In this document: positions 25,787-32,000 of the stretch, one piece after another | How the letters are laid out: every line of letters starts with the position of its first letter | Position numbering within the stretch: position 1 is the stretch's first letter | NCBI GenBank assembly: GCA_050247055.1 | Contig: JBFWUX010000003.1 | Coordinates: forward strand, 528,115-560,114 | Length of the DNA stretch: 32,000 bases | Direction: 5' to 3' | Source of the DNA: Dehalococcoidia bacterium | Lineage (GTDB): Bacteria > Chloroflexota > Dehalococcoidia > Tepidiformales > Tepidiformaceae | Program-made: the position numbers and the translations under genes | Notes under the pieces: generated by a model | Told to the model about the DNA's origin: nothing | Database searches by the model: none | The model's input: the letters and a program-made list of their open reading frames with translations, nothing else

Positions 25787-28700
25787 TCACCAGGTATCGA
25801 CCCAGCCGTGCTTCTTGCCTGCGCGAGGAATCGGCGGAGGGACAGAATCAAGTCCCATCGCCAGCCAGTTTCTCGTTTCCGCCGGGTCAATTACGTCGTC
25901 TACTTCCATCACTGTGGCGGCGTTCAACGCTCGTGACCATGCATAGGCTTCGGCAACGTACTTCTCATAGAGCGCTTTGCGTTCGGGGATGTCGGTGATC
26001 GCCGCTAGTTCAGCGCGGCGGCCGAGTTTGACGGAACCTTCCAGTCCCATGCCCGCGAACTCGCCGGTCGGCCAGGAGATGGAGAAGAAGGTCTCATCGA
26101 AGCTCCCGGTCGACATCGCTAGGGCTCCGAGACCGTACGACTTTCGAAGCACGACGACGAAGTACGGCACCGTGATGTTGGCTCCAGCAACGTACATTCG
26201 CCCACAGTGTCTAATCAGGGCCGTCTTTTCAGCTTCTGGACCGACCATGTTGCCCGGGGTATCGATCAGGGACACTATCGGGATGTCAAACGCGTCGCAC
26301 AGCTGCATAAATCGCGCGGCCTTATCTGCGCCGTCGGAATCGATGGCTCCGCCCGTCGGAGAGTTGGAGTTGTTTGCGACAACTCCCACCGGACGCCCTT
26401 CCACTCGAATAAACGATGTGACCATGGAGAGCCCAAACTTCGGGCGAAGTTCAAGCACAGAACCGACGTCCGCGAGTGTCTCAATCACCTTCCGAATGTC
26501 ATAAACCGCGCGGCGATTCTCGGGAACGATGTGACGAAGAATCCGTTGGTCGCCGGCTTCCCATTGGGTCAGCCGACCCTGGAAGTAAGAAAGATACTTC
26601 TTCGCCATCGCCGTGGCTTCGGCTTCGTCTTCAACAAGGATATCGATGACGCCATTCGGTTGCTGAATGCTGACCGGCCCGACTTCGCTTGCTGCATAGG
26701 CACCGAGGCCGCCACCCTCGATGACGGCCGGACCGCCTATGCCCAGACTCGAGTCTTTCGTTGCGATGATGACATCGCATGCGCCGAGCAGCACGACGTT
26801 GCCCGCGAAACAGTAGCCGGAGTTCACGCCGACGATAGGCACCAAACCGGACAGCTTGCCGAGTTCTCGCCACGTCCGCACACTGAGCCCGCCAACGCTT
26901 CCAGCAGCCTGACGACTTGAGTTGACGTTGGCACCACCGCCCGTGCGCCCGCCGCCACCCTCCGTGTACAGCACCACCGGTAGTCGATACTTCTCCGCAA
27001 CACCGAACATGCGGTCCTGTTTCTGGTGATTCTTCCCGCCCTGCGTACCAGCGAGGACGGTGTAGTCGTACGACATCACGACACAACGTGCGTTTTCGCG
27101 ACCGACAAGATCGCCGTTCACCCGAGCCACTCCCATTACCATGCCATCCGCGGTCGTTTTCGTGACCCGTTGTTCGAGCTCTTCAATGGTGTCTTGTCTG
27201 AACCGCGTCGCTGTGACAATTGGGCCGTATTCGTAGAACGATCCGGGATCAACGAGGTCCGCTATGTTTTCTCGTACCGTGCGTTTGCCGGCATCGTGCC
27301 GCTTGGCCCTGGCCTCAATGCGGACATCGTCCTTCGTGAGGCTATGGAAGTGCAGAACCTCGGCGATATCGGGACGAATGCTGTCGAGGTCGGGAGCGGC
27401 TTCGGCGTTGTATTCCCCGTCAACGTCCCGTGGCTCCAAGAACATGATCGGAGTGTCTTCATAAATTGTGTCACCGAGCTCAAGCGTGATCTCCCGAACC
27501 ATTCCTGACACCTCAGCGCGAATGATGTGCTCCATCTTCAACGCTTCCATGACCGCGACGGGCTGGCCCTTTTGAACGGAGTCACCCAGGGAGACGTGCA
27601 GCGCGATAATCATGCCCTGCAACGGAGCTGCCACGGCTACGGTGCCTTCGGGCCCGTGTACGTGAGGCACAGCGATGTTCACCTCAGGTGCCGAAATTGC
27701 AGAAGCACCCTTTAGCGAGAGAACTGCGAGAGGATCGTTCGGGTCCACGCGCGTGCCCGCCTTCCGGACTTCGCGCTCCTGCGGTTCGAAATACCGGGGG
27801 CGAGCACCTTCCGCCGCAAGAATCTCAGCAGCGTGGTCTTCTACGTACCGCGTGTAGATCGCGCTATCAGCTAGCGGTGCCAGGCTCAAGAGTCCGGAGA
27901 GGAATCCTGCATTGTGACGGACCCCGGCCAGTTTGAACTCCGAAAGCGCTCGCCGAGCCTTACGAACAGTTGCATCGAGATTGTCGGCATGCACGATCAG
28001 CTTCGCCAGGAGCGAATCGTAGCGAGAGCTGGTCGCGTATCCCGCGTAGCCGAATCCGTCCACACGAATGCCCGGGCCCGCGGGCGGCTCGTAAGCGGTC
28101 AGCAGCCCACCACCAGGCCGGCTCGCCCCGTCCGACATCATCGTTTCAAGGTTGATTCGAGTCTGCAGGGCAAAGCCTCTCGGAGGCGGCACCTGGTCTT
28201 GAAGCAGCCCGAGTTCGGCGACCGTACTCCCGCTCGCAATCTTGAGCTGAATGGCGACGAGATCCAGTCCCGTAACCTCTTCCGTGACTGTGTGCTCCAC
28301 CTGAAGCCGCGCGTTGGCTTCGATGAAGACGAATCGGTCGTTAGCCCCCGGACGAGCATCCACGAGAAATTCGATGGTGCCCACGCCTCGATACTCGGCC
28401 ATCGACGCGATTTCAGTCGCCGCCTTGAGCATCCGGTCGCGCATGGGCGCTGAAATACCGAACGCCGGGGCAATCTCGATCAGCTTCTGACGTTGGCGCT
28501 GAAGGCTGCACTCGCGGTCCCACAAGTGTGAAACGGCACCTGAACCGTCGCCCACGATCTGAACTTCTACGTGTCGTGCGCGCGGGAGCAACTCCTCGAT
28601 ATAGAGTTCTCCAGACCCAAAAGACGCCTGCGCCTCTGATGTCGCCCGATCAAAAGACTCACGCAGGTCACCAACCTCGTGTACGGGCCGCATGCCACGA

Positions 28701-29194
28701 CCGCCGCCTCCGGCGACCGCCTTCAACATCACTGCCCCGCCTGGACCTAAGTTTTCGAGAAACTCGCATGCTTCTTCGAAAGTAACCGGACGGCTGATCC
28801 CATTCACGACCGGAATGCCGCATGACTCCGCCAGTCGTCGAGCCTGAGCTTTGTCGCCAAAGCTCTCGAGGGTGTTGGGACGGGGCCCGACGTATGTAAG
28901 ACCGGCACTTTCACAGGCTGCCGCGAAGTCAGCTTTCTCACTTAGAAATCCATAGCCCGGATGGATCGCGTCGCAGCCTTCCTCTTTCGCGATGGCAATA
29001 ATCGCCGCCACATCGAGGTAGGCTGCAACACCGGTCGCGCCAAGATTGACGGCCCGGTCAGCGTGCCGGATGTGCAGCGATTCGCCATCGTCTTCGGAGT
29101 AGATCGCCGTCGTCACGATGCCGAGATCCGACGCGGTTCTCGCGATCCGAATTGCAATCTCCCCACGATTCGCGATGAGCAAACGCTTGATCAT
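25787..29194 (-). CDS. Single-chain multidomain acyl-CoA carboxylase (biotin carboxylase + BCCP + carboxyltransferase)
   Basis: The N-terminal BC domain has 'IKRLLIANRGEIAIRIART' and 'GGGGRGMR'. The biotinyl domain is 'VAVMEALKMEHIIRAEVSG'. The C-terminal ~520 aa are AccD/PccB-like carboxyltransferase ('VVMSYDYTVLAGTQGG', 'IVSLIDTPG'). ATG 29194 is preceded by GAGGAGG. Confidence 0.9.
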   Translation of the reverse strand: MIKRLLIANRGEIAIRIARTASDLGIVTTAIYSEDDGESLHIRHADRAVNLGATGVAAYLDVAAIIAIAKEEGCDAIHPGYGFLSEKADFAAACESAGLTYVGPRPNTLESFGDKAQARRLAESCGIPVVNGISRPVTFEEACEFLENLGPGGAVMLKAVAGGGGRGMRPVHEVGDLRESFDRATSEAQASFGSGELYIEELLPRARHVEVQIVGDGSGAVSHLWDRECSLQRQRQKLIEIAPAFGISAPMRDRMLKAATEIASMAEYRGVGTIEFLVDARPGANDRFVFIEANARLQVEHTVTEEVTGLDLVAIQLKIASGSTVAELGLLQDQVPPPRGFALQTRINLETMMSDGASRPGGGLLTAYEPPAGPGIRVDGFGYAGYATSSRYDSLLAKLIVHADNLDATVRKARRALSEFKLAGVRHNAGFLSGLLSLAPLADSAIYTRYVEDHAAEILAAEGARPRYFEPQEREVRKAGTRVDPNDPLAVLSLKGASAISAPEVNIAVPHVHGPEGTVAVAAPLQGMIIALHVSLGDSVQKGQPVAVMEALKMEHIIRAEVSGMVREITLELGDTIYEDTPIMFLEPRDVDGEYNAEAAPDLDSIRPDIAEVLHFHSLTKDDVRIEARAKRHDAGKRTVRENIADLVDPGSFYEYGPIVTATRFRQDTIEELEQRVTKTTADGMVMGVARVNGDLVGRENARCVVMSYDYTVLAGTQGGKNHQKQDRMFGVAEKYRLPVVLYTEGGGGRTGGGANVNSSRQAAGSVGGLSVRTWRELGKLSGLVPIVGVNSGYCFAGNVVLLGACDVIIATKDSSLGIGGPAVIEGGGLGAYAASEVGPVSIQQPNGVIDILVEDEAEATAMAKKYLSYFQGRLTQWEAGDQRILRHIVPENRRAVYDIRKVIETLADVGSVLELRPKFGLSMVTSFIRVEGRPVGVVANNSNSPTGGAIDSDGADKAARFMQLCDAFDIPIVSLIDTPGNMVGPEAEKTALIRHCGRMYVAGANITVPYFVVVLRKSYGLGALAMSTGSFDETFFSISWPTGEFAGMGLEGSVKLGRRAELAAITDIPERKALYEKYVAEAYAWSRALNAATVMEVDDVIDPAETRNWLAMGLDSVPPPIPRAGKKHGWVDTW

Positions 29195-29250
29195 CGGTGT
29201 TGCCTCCTCAGTTAAATTCAAAATGTTCGAGCTTGATGGATTACGGATGG

Positions 29251-30456
29251 TTAGGAGATGACACCTTCCGCAGCCAATTCGGCGAGGTCGTCTTCGCTGA
29301 GTCCAAGCAGCTCTCGGTAAACGGTTTCGGTGTCTTCGCCGAGGAAGGGCGCCCGCCGAATGGGTAGACGCTCGCCGTTCCAGGTAATGGGTTCGTGCTG
29401 GAGTAACATCGAAACTCCTGCCGGGTGCTGGATCTCCTGAAAGAAGCCTTCGCGCATTGGGTCTCGCTTCACGAGGTCCTCAACGTTTTCAACGGGAGAC
29501 GCACAGACACCGGCCGCCTGCAAAGACTCCGCAAGGAGCCAATCGTCCGCATCCCGAGTCTTGGCGCTAACGGCCGAGTCAAGCTCCAACACGTCCGCCA
29601 GCCTCCCCGCGAGAGTCATCAAGTCGGCTCGTCGACCGAGTTCGTCGAGGCCGAGCACGGTTGTCAGCGAATTCCATTCCCGCTCGTCTCGGACCGAGAT
29701 TGCGATCCACCGGTCCTCACCGGCGCACTGGTAGACCCCATGTGGCGCATACTGACGCGAGAAATTGCCCCGCCGTTCCGGAGACTTGCCGTTCACGATG
29801 TATTCGAGCAATTCAGTGTCGAGCAAATGGATTGTTGCCTCGTACTGGGCCAGCTCGATGAACTGACCCTCTCCAGTCCGTTCGCGGTGGTGTATCGCAG
29901 CCATGATTTGCAAGGCACCGAGATATGGGGACGTGAAGTCGGAGTGAAGCGTGCCGAGCCCAAATGGCTCTCGGTTGGGAAAACCTGTATGGGCGTTTAG
30001 GCCGGCCATGGCAATGACTCCGTTGCCAACGGCACGCCAGTGGCTATGTGGTCCCTCCGTCCCCATCACCGGGAGGCTTGCGACGATGATGTCGGGCTTA
30101 ACGGGCTTGAGGTGCTGATACCCGAGTCCCCAGCGGTCCATGCGGTCGGGCGTGAAGTTCGAGGTGACCACGTCCGACCTGGCGACGAGCGACTTCGCGA
30201 GTTCGACACCTTTGGGGCTGCCGAGGTTGAGGAGGATGCTCTTCTTGTTGACGTTGCAGTCGTTGAAGACCCCATTGGTCTCCCCATGAGGAGTGGGCGG
30301 CTGGACGCCTACCTCCCGGATCCGATCCACACGCGCTATGGATTCGACTTTGATGACCTCCGCGCCGAGGTCGGCAAGGAGCCGAGTTGTAAGCGGGCCA
30401 GCGATCATCCAGCAGAAGTCGAGAACACGAATGCCCGCCAGTGGCTGCGGCGTCAT
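29251..30456 (-). CDS. Family III CoA-transferase (CaiB/BaiF family)
   Basis: 'LAGIRVLDFCWMIAGPLTTRLLADLGAEVIKVE' and 'SDVVTSNFTPDRMDRWGLG'. ATGA overlap with the upstream paralog at 30453-30456. Confidence 0.9.
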   Translation of the reverse strand: MTPQPLAGIRVLDFCWMIAGPLTTRLLADLGAEVIKVESIARVDRIREVGVQPPTPHGETNGVFNDCNVNKKSILLNLGSPKGVELAKSLVARSDVVTSNFTPDRMDRWGLGYQHLKPVKPDIIVASLPVMGTEGPHSHWRAVGNGVIAMAGLNAHTGFPNREPFGLGTLHSDFTSPYLGALQIMAAIHHRERTGEGQFIELAQYEATIHLLDTELLEYIVNGKSPERRGNFSRQYAPHGVYQCAGEDRWIAISVRDEREWNSLTTVLGLDELGRRADLMTLAGRLADVLELDSAVSAKTRDADDWLLAESLQAAGVCASPVENVEDLVKRDPMREGFFQEIQHPAGVSMLLQHEPITWNGERLPIRRAPFLGEDTETVYRELLGLSEDDLAELAAEGVIS

Positions 30457-31628
30457 CGTTGCATCGCCTCGGGCAAGTTCAAACCGCACCATTCGCGAAG
30501 GACTTCGTTCGTATGCTCCCCTAGCGCGGGTGCCGGCCGCGAGTTCGATCGGTATGTCGAAGAGATGAACGGTGGACGGACAATTTCGAGCTCCTCACCA
30601 AGGGAGTCGAACCGGACCTTCTGATAGAACTCGCGTTCTCTCAGATGCGAATCCTGCGCGATCGCTTCAACATTCTGGACTGGAACGCAAAGGATGCCCC
30701 GCTTTTGCGCTTCAGCGACGAGTGCCTTGCGGTCCATTGAAGCGCAAACCGTGACGGTGATCCCGACAATTTCCTTAGCGTTTTGAAAGCGGTAATAGCC
30801 ATCGGTCCACGGGGCTTTGGTGTATTGTCCATCGCCATAGAGTTCCTCGTACCAGCGGGCGAACGCCGCGAAAGCAGGTGGATGGTGATACAGGGATACG
30901 TATAGCCCGTCTGCAGTCGAGAAGATTGTCTGACCTCCCACATTGCCGAGGCCACGACGAGAGGGAGGGGGAAGACCCCAATGAGCGTAGTTTTCGTTCG
31001 CCGATTGGATAGTCGTCCACATGACTGCTTCCTGCATCGAAACCTCGATCCGGCCCGGAGTCCTGCCGCCTGACGACTCGATCACCATCGACATTGCGGC
31101 GAGCGCGGTGGCAAGTGAGAGCTGCTTGTAAGCCAGGTTGCCGGCGGGGTGATTCGGCGGATCCTGCGCGTCTCCATTCAGGAAGAGTTGGCCGCCGGCC
31201 GCGATCGCGGTGAGGTCGGTGGCGTACGCCTCCCGGTTACGGCGGAAGACGGGCAGCACGAGACCGGTGTTAGGCGCTAACTCAGAAATAGAATCCTCTG
31301 TTAACAAATCTTTGAGCCGCGCGATGGGCTCCAGAGGCGCGATGACAACGGAGGCTTGTTTAAGCAATTCTGAGAGTGTTTCGATCCCGCTTGCGGTCTC
31401 AAGGTCGAGTGCCACACTCCGCTTCCCGGCGTTATAGAGAATGTGAGCGAGGCTGCGTTCGAGGCCTGGCTTTTCATGGACGAAGGGTTCTCGCCGGCGA
31501 ATCGAATCACCCGCCGGCGATTCGACGCGGACGACGTCGGCACCGAGGTCGCAAAGCAGCTTCGCCGCGAGAACAACCGGTTCATCCGCCAGATCGATGA
31601 TGGGGACCCCTGCCAACGGAAGAATCAA
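30453..31628 (-). CDS. Family III CoA-transferase (CaiB/BaiF family), divergent paralog. The maximal ORF starts at GTG 31664.
   Basis: 'LPLAGVPIIDLADEPVVLAAKLLCDLGADVVRVE'. A TTG at 31628 lies 8 nt after GGGAGGG and gives the usual short N-terminus. Confidence 0.8.
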   Translation of the reverse strand: MILPLAGVPIIDLADEPVVLAAKLLCDLGADVVRVESPAGDSIRRREPFVHEKPGLERSLAHILYNAGKRSVALDLETASGIETLSELLKQASVVIAPLEPIARLKDLLTEDSISELAPNTGLVLPVFRRNREAYATDLTAIAAGGQLFLNGDAQDPPNHPAGNLAYKQLSLATALAAMSMVIESSGGRTPGRIEVSMQEAVMWTTIQSANENYAHWGLPPPSRRGLGNVGGQTIFSTADGLYVSLYHHPPAFAAFARWYEELYGDGQYTKAPWTDGYYRFQNAKEIVGITVTVCASMDRKALVAEAQKRGILCVPVQNVEAIAQDSHLREREFYQKVRFDSLGEELEIVRPPFISSTYRSNSRPAPALGEHTNEVLREWCGLNLPEAMQR

Positions 31629-31714
31629 GATTGGGTCCCTCCCTCTCGGCGCATTGGGTACCACGGAGCCGTGGCGGTCACGGCCTGATTCTGTCCACTG
31701 ATCACTGTTCTGCG

Positions 31715-31753
31715 GGGAGGAGAGAGACGGAGGGAAGGTGTCTCTCCCCTCCC
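31715..31753 (-). terminator. GC-rich hairpin in the 160-bp gap between the ABC permease and the CoA-transferase gene
   Basis: gggaggagagagac (31715-31728) pairs with gtctctcccctccc (31740-31753), with one mismatch and an 11-nt loop. No U-tract follows on the minus strand. Confidence 0.25.
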
Positions 31754-31825
31754 TGCTTGTGCAGGGGGCACCTCGAACGTGGATGGGCGTGCTGCCATAA
31801 GGACATAAGTAATTGCGTTCATCTG

Positions 31826-32000
31826 TTAGCTCCTGCCCCTTCTTACGGGGTCAAGGAGTTCGCCCAGAACGTCGCTGAGGAAGTTCAGAGCCAGCATGAG
31901 CATCGCGAGAATCGTTGCGGGCGCGACGAGGTACCACCAGGCAAGACGCATGAACCGTCGGCCATCATTTAGGAGCCCTCCGAGGGTAGGGTTCGGCGGC
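31826..32000 (-). CDS. ABC transporter permease, C-terminal fragment (DppC/OppC-like). The gene continues beyond the window.
   Basis: Manual translation of the minus strand from 31999 gives 'PPNPTLGGLLNDGRRFMRLAWWYLVAPATILAMLMLALNFLSDVLGELLDPVRRGRS*', which matches the typical permease tail '...FLGD.L.D.LDPR'. It is absent from the ORF track because it has no start in the window. Confidence 0.7.
   Translation of the reverse strand, partial: PPNPTLGGLLNDGRRFMRLAWWYLVAPATILAMLMLALNFLSDVLGELLDPVRRGRS

Noticed and set aside
24370-25998. A 542-aa plus-strand ORF spanning the CMD, SDR and carboxylase-tail region
   Set aside because: It lies antisense to three well-supported minus-strand genes. 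Its translation is Arg/Cys/Val-rich with no recognisable motifs. This is a typical high-GC shadow ORF.
31625-31822. A 65-aa minus-strand ORF filling the permease/CoA-transferase spacer
   Set aside because: It has no RBS and a non-protein-like composition. It largely covers the hairpin region and overlaps the start of the CoA-transferase gene.

Overview
This is a GC-rich bacterial chromosomal segment. Long antisense shadow ORFs and G/C-dominated third codon positions fit a high-GC Chloroflexota/Thermomicrobia- or Actinobacteria-like genome; the taxon cannot be fixed from sequence alone. I support about 31 protein-coding genes and one tRNA. No rRNA, CRISPR array or transposase was seen.

Layout, left to right:
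(1) serA carrying an unusual in-frame XRE-type HTH leader.
(2) A minus-strand run: SRPBCC protein, ArsR, STAS-like protein, acyl-CoA dehydrogenase, then a translationally coupled pair of a cytoplasmic S8 subtilase and a ComEC-like MBL hydrolase.
(3) An MFS transporter, an MDR-type NADP oxidoreductase, a family III CoA-transferase, a ferritin-like lipoprotein and a GNAT.
(4) A tightly coupled group 1-type [NiFe] uptake hydrogenase operon: Tat small subunit, large subunit, a Gly-rich mini-protein, endopeptidase, HypA, HypC, an EamA transporter, and a protein with an internal HypC-like domain.
(5) tRNA-Arg(CCT), followed by a tyrosine recombinase and a PD-(D/E)XK + RNase H-like (TM0106-type) nuclease.
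(6) A minus-strand metabolic cluster: TetR, MBL hydrolase, a carboxymuconolactone decarboxylase (CMD) family protein, SDR, a 1135-aa single-chain BC-BCCP-CT acyl-CoA carboxylase, two family III CoA-transferases, and the tail of an ABC permease.

The best candidate for an undescribed system is the S8 protease / MBL pair at 4469-7788. Secondary candidates are the non-canonical features of the hydrogenase operon and the recombinase-nuclease mini-island.
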